Source of the DNA: Macrostomum lignano
Taxonomy: Eukaryota
Direction: 5' to 3'
Assembly (NCBI GenBank): GCA_002269645.1
Contig: NIVC01000027.1
Span: 248,001-312,000, forward strand
DNA: 64,000 bases
A model generated the notes under the pieces. That model did not search any database. It had not been told where the DNA came from and saw only the letters and a list, made by a program, of their open reading frames with translations. This document shows positions 55,101 through 64,000 of this stretch, one piece after another (the stretch's first letter is position 1; the number at the start of each line of letters is the position of its first letter). Both the position numbers and the translations under genes were made by a program.

Positions 55101-58033
55101 GAAAATGAATTTAGAGTTGTCTAATGACATTGGACGCCCGATTATTCTGTCTCACTTTGTCAAGGACACAAATGTCTATGGCACAGTAATAGTAATACCC
55201 ATGCTTTAAGGGCCCTCTGATTTTCCCATTAACGCCCTTAAAGCATGGGGATTAATATACTATTGCAGATTTGTTTAAATAGAACGGGAAAAGGTGTAGA
55301 GCTCCATTGTAATTATACTTTTACCCAGACGCAATGAAAAAATATTTTGGCCATTATTCCACAGTTTTGATGTGTACCATAGACATTTGGATTGAAAAAA
55401 TCCATCCCTCAGTATTTTTGTTAATAAATACAGAACAACAAGAAGTAAATGAACAAAAAGGAAAAACCATTAAAACTAAAGTACCAGCTACACGAAAAGA
55501 GTTAATAATAAATGTCACAGCTAGTGCAGTTCATCAGTTTGAAATCGAAATTTGACAATGTGAAAATCAATTTGTCACCCAAAGTGAAACATGCAGTTCT
55601 CAAAGCCGCAGTTCCCAAAGATGCTCGACACTTTAGCCTGATGATTTGGCACTGCAAAAGGAGTTGGTCTATTTTGAATGTTTTCTATAAAGAGAAATAC
55701 AGGTGCTCAAGTATAGTTGCCGAACTTACCATTTGAAAGATGCACGTCTTGGTTGGCTTGCGACTGATAAGCTTCGTCTGATGGGCTTCTTTGGTTATCG
55801 CAGTATCCAAGCTGGGATTCTTTGGGACTGTCGGCTGCTCGACTGAATTGATTGGCCGCTTTCAGGCATCGTTTATAGCCGTCGAGGCGTTGAAGACTGC
55901 ATGGTCGAGTTTTCTTCCTAGGTAGCGCCGCACGGTTCGGTTCAGTCGTCGACAGGAAGATTTTTTCAATTAATAAGCGCGGCTGTTTGACGAGATGCAC
56001 CAGCCATAGTTGTTTGACAAGACAAATAGTTTTTTCTCCCACTACTCGCTTTCCTGATTTCTTGCAAGACGCAAGCAAAATCAGCACTCATCACAGTGTT
56101 GTCTATCGTCAAACTAAGCCACACAACTCAGTCGTCTATGGGTAAAACAACTCCTAAAACAGCCAATTGAAGCATGATAAAAAGTGTGGAATAATGACAG
56201 CGACAAAAGTGTGGAATAATGACTGAGCGCTGAGTGAAAGTATAAATACAATGCACTTGCATAGTATGCAACTGAGTTGAATAATGGCCAAAACTCGAGT
56301 GCGCGTTGCATACTATACAATCTACCAATGAAAAGTCTTTGCTCATCAAACTTTTGGGCCATAGATTGGGGGCAGCAGTTGTCTTGAGTGTAGCGTTCTG
56401 CCACTGGATTAAGTCAAGTGCTCCTAAGCTCAAACTGGCTGCAAAAAGCGATAGCAATATTGGCTTTCTATTTTAGCTCGGTACTCTCTGATTATAAAGA
56501 TTGACTTCTAACTGACTCTTATGACCAAGTTCTACCATATGTTCATAGTTGATTGACTTTTGGCTTGTAGGTGTTGCATAACTTTGACAATTTACAAGTC
56601 AGTGAATTAATTCACTGCAGAGTGTACTTCTATATTGCGTCAATGCCTAGGGTATTAGAATTTCAAAACAATTCAAATTGGCTAAATTTCAAGTCAACAT
56701 TAACATTTTGTAATAGCTTCTGCCTTGCTGGATTCCGTTACCAACATCCTTAATTGCCAAGTGATCTTGAGTCTATAGCTGGGTACTTATCTGGCTAGTC
56801 AATTTGTAAATTGTACGCAACAGAAGTCACTTTTCCTGCATAGGCAACATCAAAGAGTTTCGATTATAACTTGCCGCCGGTCATCTTGTTGAACACTGTC
56901 AGCGAAATCGGCAAGTTAAGTCAAATCGGGCGTGGTTAATATGCAGCTGATAGCTTCCATCGCAACGCATGTTACCTCATAATTGATGCTGATTTGCATT
57001 GACAACTGAAAAAACTGAAAAATGCAAAGGTCGTTCATGAGGGAAAGTCTTTAAGCTGTATTTAATCGAATTGGTTAGTGACCCGTATCACAAAGCGATT
57101 TACATTCGCATTTTGTTCAGTCCAGTCATCTGTATAATTCCTATCCCCAGACTAATACTGTTTTTCAAGACAGCAAAAGAAAATTTTCAACACTTGCAAA
57201 TACTGGCAAATCAGATTGCTGATATGTGCTAGCCTTTCTCAGCATTTAGGCGCAGCCTTATCAATTAATGAAAAATCCTAGGGTATAATTAACTTCTTTG
57301 ACATAAGTCAGATTTTCTAGAGCAACGAGTCACCCTTGAAACTCCTCGCCATGTCGCAACTGCCGCCCATACCGCTTCTTTGTCTTCACCTTCTTTTTAC
57401 TCGGTCGCACTTTTCCCAATTCCAGGGCAGCGACTTCAAAAAGCTAATTAATGCACACCTGCAAGGTTATAAGAGATAAGTTTTGCAGCATAGTTGCTCC
57501 AAAATTCTGATACAACTTATCTGTGCTTAAAATGATAATTAAATAACTTGCAGACTTCTTTCAGTTTCGTATCTTTCGGGGCTTCTTTTAATTTGATTTA
57601 AAGTTATGAATATCTTTTTCGTACCTTAAATTTGTCTGAAACATACCAACGAAGTGACACAAACTGTCAACCGAACCCACAAACAGACACCAAAACCCAC
57701 AAACTGAGAGCAAAACTCAGAATCTGACACCCGAACCCATGAACTATAAACAGAACTACGAATAATATGAACAAAGTAAAGCACTCTGTAATACTTTAGG
57801 TCATTTCTGGACCTGCCAATCAGTTCCCCCACATGACGTACACCTTCGCATCGCCCCAATGTTTCTTCCAACAGGTCTAACTACGGCCAAGCATTCGATC
57901 TGATGCGCCGCCATCGAATCAACCTTAATCTCTTAGTGGATCACAATCCGCTGTCGTTCATGACTTCAGTTGCAAATTTCATTGATTCTATTGGCAAAGA
58001 GGACTACATTAATGTGTTTCTGGCTGAACTTGA
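27451..58033 (+). CDS. ELP1: Elongator complex protein 1 (partial, continues beyond window); exons 27451-27819, 28889-29051, 29242-29327, 30183-30515, 30668-30752, 31259-31477, 39480-39774, 41853 or 41868-42004, 46459-46987, 57875-58033
   Basis: The spliced translation carries ELP1 hallmarks in order: [63 protein letters not shown]|CRLQVTP...[47 protein letters not shown]. All junctions are GT-AG with matching phases. Confidence 0.93.
27843..28835. repeat. 19-bp minisatellite (CCCCATGAGAATCCCCAGT) filling ELP1 intron 1
   Basis: Starts about 23 nt after the donor (27820) and ends about 53 nt before the acceptor (28888). Confidence 0.95.
29063..29182 (+). repeat. (TCTG)n microsatellite in ELP1 intron 2
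   Basis: Direct inspection. Confidence 0.95.
29408..30146. repeat. 20-bp minisatellite (TAGTGGAATCTCACACTATC) filling ELP1 intron 3
   Basis: Period 20; includes a duplicated block of variant units. Confidence 0.95.
30850..31220 (+). repeat. Short inverted copy of the 12-bp minisatellite followed by (CAGA)n microsatellite in ELP1 intron 5
   Basis: GTAAGACAGG..GAGACAGGCA at 30866-30890, then (CAGA)n from about 30905 to 31220. Confidence 0.9.
31600..32870 (-). pseudogene. piggyBac (PGBD) transposase relic, N-terminal two-thirds, frameshifted and 3'-truncated
   Basis: [70 protein letters not shown] and [16 protein letters not shown]...TGTVR are spread over three frames. Confidence 0.88.
33905..34080 (-). 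pseudogene. piggyBac C-terminal cysteine-rich domain relic
   Basis: [11 protein letters not shown], then after a frameshift [19 protein letters not shown]. Confidence 0.7.
34981..35470 (-). pseudogene. Degenerate paralog of the DUF4806-like accessory gene (exon ending 35372; exon 35195-34981)
   Basis: [12 protein letters not shown]|[39 protein letters not shown] aligns with [12 protein letters not shown]|[39 protein letters not shown], with the same phase-1 intron. Confidence 0.75.
36214..36899 (-). pseudogene. Myb/SANT-like DNA-binding protein relic (Harbinger accessory-protein type)
   Basis: With one frameshift it reads [59 protein letters not shown], with a C-terminal coiled coil [19 protein letters not shown]. 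Confidence 0.6.
37095..37178. repeat. (GA)n microsatellite
   Basis: About 41 GA units. Confidence 0.97.
38272..38700 (-). pseudogene. piggyBac transposase relic, third-catalytic-Asp region
   Basis: [24 protein letters not shown], then frameshifted [11 protein letters not shown]...[12 protein letters not shown]. Confidence 0.78.
39000..39207 (-). mobile_element. tRNA-derived SINE, family B, with a V/Meta-type conserved central domain
   Basis: Minus strand: GGGGCTGTAGCCTAGTTAGTT head, then TGTGTCCTTAAGCAAGGCGCTTAACTCC...CACCCAGCTGTAAAATGGGTGCC, which resembles conserved SINE core domains (from memory). Confidence 0.65.
39228..39258 (+). other. Degenerate spliced-leader-like sequence
   Basis: CGGTCTCTTACTGCGAAAACGCAATTTGTTC matches my recollection of the Macrostomum lignano SL (CGGTCTCTTACTGCGAAGACTCAATTTATTGCATG) at 27/31. 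The terminal ATG/GT donor and Sm site are absent. Confidence 0.45.
39790..40712. repeat. 12-bp minisatellite (TTAGTGTCTGTC) in ELP1 intron 7, same family as 21900-22400
   Basis: Starts about 15 nt after the donor at 39775. Confidence 0.95.
40987..41288 (+). mobile_element. SINE family A, 5'-damaged copy with A-rich tail
   Basis: Colinear and highly similar to 18370-18674; ends CTGCCTCAAATAAAAAAA. Confidence 0.8.
41452..41563 (-). mobile_element. Internally deleted, inverted copy of the 24053-24473 MITE
   Basis: Reverse complement of 24395-24473 fused to the reverse complement of 24053-24085. Confidence 0.65.
42044..45590. repeat. 33-bp minisatellite (TTCAGGCAGTTCAGCTACCCCTATTCATGATCC), about 107 units, in ELP1 intron 8
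   Basis: Period 33; variants mainly CCT/GCT/GGT; lies between donor 42005 and acceptor 46458. Confidence 0.97.
45875..46385. repeat. 22-bp minisatellite (TCGTACAAGATTTAGATTGAAC) at the 3' part of ELP1 intron 8
   Basis: Direct inspection. Confidence 0.93.
46981..48170. repeat. 31-bp (with 15-bp subunit) minisatellite that includes the ELP1 exon 9 splice donor
   Basis: Unit TGTCTGTTGGACAG|GTGAGGTGTGGACAAGG; the first unit overlaps the exon end TGGACAG|GTGAGG at 46987/46988. Confidence 0.95.
48657..49632. repeat. 16-bp minisatellite (GCAGGCAGTTGTCTTA)
   Basis: About 58 units; the tail degenerates into GGCAAATTGTC, the motif of the 7865-8106 array. Confidence 0.93.
51082..51179. mobile_element. 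Small MITE-like element (TAGGG..TTCGGG / CCCGAACACCCCTA)
   Basis: Imperfect short inverted termini and internal TCGGG repeats. Confidence 0.35.
51440..51760 (-). pseudogene. Crypton/DUF3504-type (tyrosine-recombinase-associated) N-terminal relic
   Basis: [30 protein letters not shown], then after a frameshift VFREWHDE...[15 protein letters not shown]. Matches the RF..SE.....VPK.T...WA...F.EW pattern of Crypton/KCTD1/QRICH1-like proteins (from memory). Confidence 0.6.
52800..52990 (-). pseudogene. Possible further Tc1-like HTH N-terminal relic
   Basis: [36 protein letters not shown]; weak similarity to the N-terminus at 54393-54620. Confidence 0.3.
53058..55296 (-). mobile_element. Tc1/IS630-like DNA transposon with about 315-bp TIRs and TA flanks; right TIR interrupted by about 135 bp
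   Basis: 53056-53092 is inverted at 55261-55298 (TA|CACC...GGTG|TA); 53095-53373 is inverted at 54874-55124; 55126-55260 is extra sequence with its own palindrome. Confidence 0.85.
53569..54620 (-). pseudogene. Tc1/IS630-family DDE transposase with at least two frameshifts
   Basis: HTH N-terminus, then [16 protein letters not shown] and [12 protein letters not shown] spread over ORFs 54393-54620, 54100-54390 and 53569-54006. Confidence 0.88.
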
Positions 58034-58109
58034 GTGAGTTTAAAATGTCAATTCGGATCAATATGCATACTCCTGGTGTTGAATTAAACAAATACAGCAC
58101 AACTTGAGT

Positions 58110-58268
58110 TGTGTTGACCCCCATTGTGGCCCCCCTCGATTCTTTGGTGGAGTCTCTTGAGGTGATCCTCTTGTGACCTCCTTGATTCTTTTGTGGAGTC
58201 TCTTGAGTTGACCCCCCTTGTGACTCCCTCTTGATTCTTTGGTGGAGTCTCTTGAGTTGACCCCCCTA
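58110..58268. repeat. About 50-bp repeat x3 (TTGACCCCC...GATTCTTTGGTGGAGTCTCTTGAG) near the start of ELP1 intron 10
   Basis: Three imperfect copies about 76 nt after the donor at 58034. Confidence 0.8.
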
Positions 58269-58814
58269 TGTTATCAGTGATGACCCAAAACAAAGAAATG
58301 ACGCACATCGTAGGGGATACCCGACAGGCCACATCACAGATATGACACTCCAAAAAAATATATCCGACCAGAATATTTCGAAATATGACACATAAAAGTT
58401 TCGCAAAAAACTATAAATTTTGCATTACATGCTACTAATAGTAGAAATGCGAAAATAATTCGATCGCAGCTCCAAAGGGTTTCAAATAAATCGCATTAGA
58501 CACAAGTCCAGCTATTTTAGTTATATATATTATTTACTTGCAAATTTTATAATTATATTTTATGTGCATACGAATTTTAGTTATAATTAATAAGTTTTCA
58601 AATATTATATTATCTTTACATGTTTCACATGTTAGAAAATAGTTATATTAGCATGTTGAAATAGTGCATTGGTAGGCAGTCACCGAATGGGCAAATGTAC
58701 TCCTGCCGGCATGCGACTTGGGCCGCTCAGCTGGGCCGGGCGGCTGCTGGGCTGCGGTGGGCGGCTGCTCAGCTGATCCGGGCTGTGACGCATCGGTCTG
58801 AGTAGAGAAATTGC

Positions 58815-59882
58815 AGTTATTGGTAGAGACAGGGCAGAATGGTAGAGACAGGGCAGTTATTGGTAGAGACAGGGCAGTTATTGGTAGAGACAGGGCAGAA
58901 TGGTAGAGACAGGGCAGTTATTGGTAGAGAAAGGGCAGAATGGTAGAGACAGGGCAGAATGGTAGAGACAGGGCAGAATGGTAGAGACAGGGCAGAATGG
59001 TAGAGATAGGGCAGAATGGTAGAGACAGGGCAGTTATTGGTAGAGACAGGGCAGAATGGTAGAGACAGGGCAGTTATTGGTAGAGAAAGGGCAGAATGGT
59101 AGAGACAGGGCAGAATGGTAGAGACAGGGCAGAATGGTAGAGACAGGGCAGAATGGTAGAGACAGGGCAGAATGGTAGAGAAAGGGCAGAATGGTAGAGA
59201 CAGGGCAGAATGGTAGAGACAGGGCAGTATGGTAGAAACAGGGCAGTATGGTAGAGACAGGGCAGAATGGTAGAGACAGGGCAGAATGGTAGAGACAGGG
59301 CAGAATGGTAGAGACAGGGCAGAATGGTAGAGACAGGGCAGAATGGTAGAGACAGGGCAGAATGGTAGAGAAAGGGCAGAATGGTAGAGACAGGGCAGTA
59401 TGGTAGAGACAGGGCAGAATGGTAGAGACAGGGCAGAATGGTAGAGACAGGGCAGAATGGTAGAGACAGGGCAGAATGGTAGAGACAGGGCAGAATGGTA
59501 GAGAAAGGGCAGAATGGTAGAGACAGGGCAGAATGGTAGAGACAGGGTAGAATGGTAGAGACAGGGCAGAATGGTAGAGACAGGGTAGAATGGTAGAGAC
59601 AGGGCAGAATGGTAGAGACAGGGTAGAATGGTAGAGACAGGGCAGAATGGTAGAGAAAGGGTAGAATGGTAGAGACAGGGCAGAATGGTAGAGACAGGGC
59701 AGAATGGTAGAGAAAGGGTAGAATGGTAGAGACAGGGCAGAATGGTAGAGAAAGGGCAGAATGGTAGAGACAGGGCAGAATGGTAGAGACAGGGTAGAAT
59801 GGTAGAGACAGGGCAGAATGGTAGAGACAGGGTAGAATGGTAGAGACAGGGTAGAATGGTAGAGACAGGGCAGTTATTGGTA
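58815..59882. repeat. 19-bp minisatellite (GGTAGAGACAGGGCAGAAT; 21-bp variant ending GTTATT)
   Basis: Direct inspection; purine-rich + strand. Confidence 0.95.
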
Positions 59883-61200
59883 AAAATATTGCTCTTCACC
59901 TTCACTTACCATTAACTGGAATCGATCAGACGCGGCGAGCTCTTTCTCAAACGACTTTTGCCGCTTAGCGACGTCATAGCATTTGCCTTTGCGGCTTATC
60001 AGCTGTTTTATGAACTCCAATTGTTTGGACATTTGGGTTAATTTATTGAAAAAATGAAATTAATTGACAAATAGAAATCTGGCTTTTTGAAAGGCCAACT
60101 GAAGTCCCATTTTATATGAAGCGGCAGTTTGACATCAACAAGTTCACTCTAATTTTCATTGGTTCGGAATGGGGTGGTCAAAATATTTCACGTTCATAGT
60201 ACGTGTCAAATCCACTATGCTTTTAGACTCGAAGGGGTGGACTGCTTCATTTCAGTAGTGACTCATTTTGACACCAAATTACTTTGATTCAAAATGAAAC
60301 ATGCGCATTAACCAGCATGAAACATACATTAGGTACAATATGCCCCACTCACATTCACAGCCTCATTCACAGCCTCATTCACTGCCTCATTCACAGCCTC
60401 ACAGCCAGACTCACTGATCGACCCTAATCCAGTTTGGGTTTCGAATACTCAGTTATTTCTGCATTTTCAATTCATTGAGTAGCTCTGTGAGATCCGCTGC
60501 TGTCAATATACAGTGGGCAGTGGATAACAAATAAATGACACACAATGAATTGGATAGGAATTAAATGAATGATGCAAAATAGAAATTCGAGAAATAGATT
60601 AAATATGCAAGAAAAAGACGTATATGCTCAAAAATTAGGATGAAGTCAGTCATCAACAAATCAAAGAGTAGATAAAAATTCATAGGTTGCAATCTTAACT
60701 CCACTTTGGTGTCTAATTAAAGTTTACAATTTTACATATTTGGAACTGCTTGACACTATTCTTTACGATAATGGCGCAATCATAAGTTTGGTGCAACAAA
60801 TTTGCTTAGATAGGTGTCTTCCACCATGAACCACCCATCACTGTCACCGAGCATTGCGCAATCTTGAGCATACCCAGAGCACGTATTTGCTTTTAAGCAA
60901 TCGTGAGAACTGCGATTCTTATCTTTACTCAAAATCCAGCTACAGTGGAAAGATCGAGAAAAGCGCGAAACACACCTCCAAACAAACCGCTGTGCATAAT
61001 ACAAAACAATATATAGATAAAAAGTGGAACGCTCACAGCAGGTGACCAAACCAAAAGTAAAAGCAAAGCCCAATTGTATTTTGATAAAAAGCCATTACTA
61101 AAGAAGCTGGCGAAATATTTCTGAGCTAACCTGTCAATATCAAGTATAAGTTAAAATGTACGAGCGCAGTAAATTCAAACATGGATTTAAACTATAGCGG

Positions 61201-64000
61201 CGCTGTCAATATATAAAATTAAATGGAGAGCTTAGAAATGACACTCAATGGGGCTGATATACACAGGTGCAAAGATGACGCAGAGCCCGCTACTCTCAGC
61301 ATCTCTAACTAGCCCTGTCGCTGTCAATATATAGAATTAAATGGAGAGCTTAGAAATGACACTCAATGGGGCTGATATACACAGGTGCAAAGATGACGCA
61401 GAGCCCGCTACTCTCAGCATCTCTAACTAGCCCTGTCGCTGTCAATATATAGAATTAAATGGAGAGCTTAGAAATGACACTCAATGGGGCTGATATACAC
61501 AGGTGCAAAGATGACGCAGAGCCCGCTACTCTCAGCATCTCTAACTAGCCCTGTCGCTGTCAATATATAGAATTAAATGGAGAGCTTAGAAATGACACTC
61601 AATGGGGCTGATATACACAGGTGCAAAGATGACGCAGAGCCCGCTACTCTCAGCATCTCTAACTAGCCCTGTCGCTGTCAATATATAGAATTAAATGGAG
61701 AGCTTAGAAATGACACTCAATGGGGCTGATATACACAGGTGCAAAGATGACGCAGAGCCCGCTACTCTCAGCATCTCTAACTAGCCCTGTCGCTGTCAAT
61801 ATATAGAATTAAATGGAGAGCTTAGAAATGACACTCAATGGGGCTGATATACACAGGTGCAAAGATGACGCAGAGCCCGCTACTCTCAGCATCTCTAACT
61901 AGCCCTGTCGCTGTCAATATATAGAATTAAATGGAGAGCTTAGAAATGACACTCAATGGGGCTGATATACACAGGTGCAAAGATGACGCAGAGCCCGCTA
62001 CTCTCAGCATCTCTAACTAGCCCTGTCGCTGTCAATATATAGAATTAAATGGAGAGCTTAGAAATGACACTCAATGGGGCTGATATACACAGGTGCAAAG
62101 ATGACGCAGAGCCCGCTACTCTCAGCATCTCTAACTAGCCCTGTCGCTGTCAATATATAGAATTAAATGGAGAGCTTAGAAATGACACTCAATGGGGCTG
62201 ATATACACAGGTGCAAAGATGACGCAGAGCCCGCTACTCTCAGCATCTCTAACTAGCCCTGTCGCTGTCAATATATAGAATTAAATGGAGAGCTTAGAAA
62301 TGACACTCAATGGGGCTGATATACACAGGTGCAAAGATGACGCAGAGCCCGCTACTCTCAGCATCTCTAACTAGCCCTGTCGCTGTCAATATATAGAATT
62401 AAATGGAGAGCTTAGAAATGACACTCAATGGGGCTGATATACACAGGTGCAAAGATGACGCAGAGCCCGCTACTCTCAGCATCTCTAACTAGCCCTGTCG
62501 CTGTCAATATATAGAATTAAATGGAGAGCTTAGAAATGACACTCAATGGGGCTGATATACACAGGTGCAAAGATGACGCAGAGCCCGCTACTCTCAGCAT
62601 CTCTAACTAGCCCTGTCGCTGTCAATATATAGAATTAAATGGAGAGCTTAGAAATGACACTCAATGGGGCTGATATACACAGGTGCAAAGATGACGCAGA
62701 GCCCGCTACTCTCAGCATCTCTAACTAGCCCTGTCGCTGTCAATATATAGAATTAAATGGAGAGCTTAGAAATGACACTCAATGGGGCTGATATACACAG
62801 GTGCAAAGATGACGCAGAGCCCGCTACTCTCAGCATCTCTAACTAGCCCTGTCGCTGTCAATATATAGAATTAAATGGAGAGCTTAGAAATGACACTCAA
62901 TGGGGCTGATATACACAGGTGCAAAGATGACGCAGAGCCCGCTACTCTCAGCATCTCTAACTAGCCCTGTCGCTGTCAATATATAGAATTAAATGGAGAG
63001 CTTAGAAATGACACTCAATGGGGCTGATATACACAGGTGCAAAGATGACGCAGAGCCCGCTACTCTCAGCATCTCTAACTAGCCCTGTCGCTGTCAATAT
63101 ATAGAATTAAATGGAGAGCTTAGAAATGACACTCAATGGGGCTGATATACACAGGTGCAAAGATGACGCAGAGCCCGCTACTCTCAGCATCTCTAACTAG
63201 CCCTGTCGCTGTCAATATATAGAATTAAATGGAGAGCTTAGAAATGACACTCAATGGGGCTGATATACACAGGTGCAAAGATGACGCAGAGCCCGCTACT
63301 CTCAGCATCTCTAACTAGCCCTGTCGCTGTCAATATATAGAATTAAATGGAGAGCTTAGAAATGACACTCAATGGGGCTGATATACACAGGTGCAAAGAT
63401 GACGCAGAGCCCGCTACTCTCAGCATCTCTAACTAGCCCTGTCGCTGTCAATATATAGAATTAAATGGAGAGCTTAGAAATGACACTCAATGGGGCTGAT
63501 ATACACAGGTGCAAAGATGACGCAGAGCCCGCTACTCTCAGCATCTCTAACTAGCCCTGTCGCTGTCAATATATAGAATTAAATGGAGAGCTTAGAAATG
63601 ACACTCAATGGGGCTGATATACACAGGTGCAAAGATGACGCAGAGCCCGCTACTCTCAGCATCTCTAACTAGCCCTGTCGCTGTCAATATATAGAATTAA
63701 ATGGAGAGCTTAGAAATGACACTCAATGGGGCTGATATACACAGGTGCAAAGATGACGCAGAGCCCGCTACTCTCAGCATCTCTAACTAGCCCTGTCGCT
63801 GTCAATATATAGAATTAAATGGAGAGCTTAGAAATGACACTCAATGGGGCTGATATACACAGGTGCAAAGATGACGCAGAGCCCGCTACTCTCAGCATCT
63901 CTAACTAGCCCTGTCGCTGTCAATATATAGAATTAAATGGAGAGCTTAGAAATGACACTCAATGGGGCTGATATACACAGGTGCAAAGATGACGCAGAGC
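61201..64000. repeat. 118-bp satellite, at least 23 apparently identical units, runs off the window end
   Basis: CTGTCAAT at 61321, 61439, 61557 (period 118). By eye only the first unit differs (ATAAAA vs ATAGAA). Confidence 0.97.

Noticed and set aside
58817-59905. 362-aa minus-strand ORF
   Set aside because: Translation of the 19-bp array.
55721-60005. Minus-strand exon-like segments ending ATG|GTAAGT (55730, 59910), both containing LISRK, plus a basic segment near 57340-57460
   Set aside because: Motif spacing differs, no family is recognisable, and an ELP1 exon lies between them. Probably unrelated TE relics.
1-64000. CRISPR-like arrays
   Set aside because: All arrays are head-to-tail tandem units with no unique spacers; no cas genes; eukaryotic intron-containing context.
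61201-64000. 5S rDNA or snRNA tandem array (unit about 118 bp)
   Set aside because: No recognisable 5S or snRNA sequence, internal promoter boxes or spacer.

Overview
Eukaryotic (metazoan) genomic DNA, intron- and repeat-rich. The repeat style and a degenerate spliced-leader-like match suggest a Macrostomum-like flatworm (inference). Five host genes lie on the + strand: ACBD6-like (3 exons), an intronless SOAT/ACAT, NUDCD3 (3 exons), a single-exon TMEM272-like membrane protein, and ELP1/IKBKAP (10 exons traced from 27451 to 58033; the gene continues past the window). Between SOAT and NUDCD3 is a 10,435-bp CACTA/CMC-type DNA transposon (7096-17530). It has 8-bp TIRs, an AA target duplication whose empty site can be rebuilt from a paralogous repeat, a frameshifted transposase, and a divergent, apparently intact 6-exon DUF4806-like partner gene. 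ELP1 introns hold piggyBac, Tc1/IS630-like, Crypton-like, Myb/SANT and DUF4806-like relics, SINEs and MITEs. Most long introns carry their own minisatellite, usually starting close to the 5' splice site. One array reiterates the splice donor itself about 24 times; another carries about 107 acceptor-like motifs in frame with ELP1. Most long ORFs in the supplied track are by-products of these repeats. The window ends in a homogeneous 118-bp satellite.
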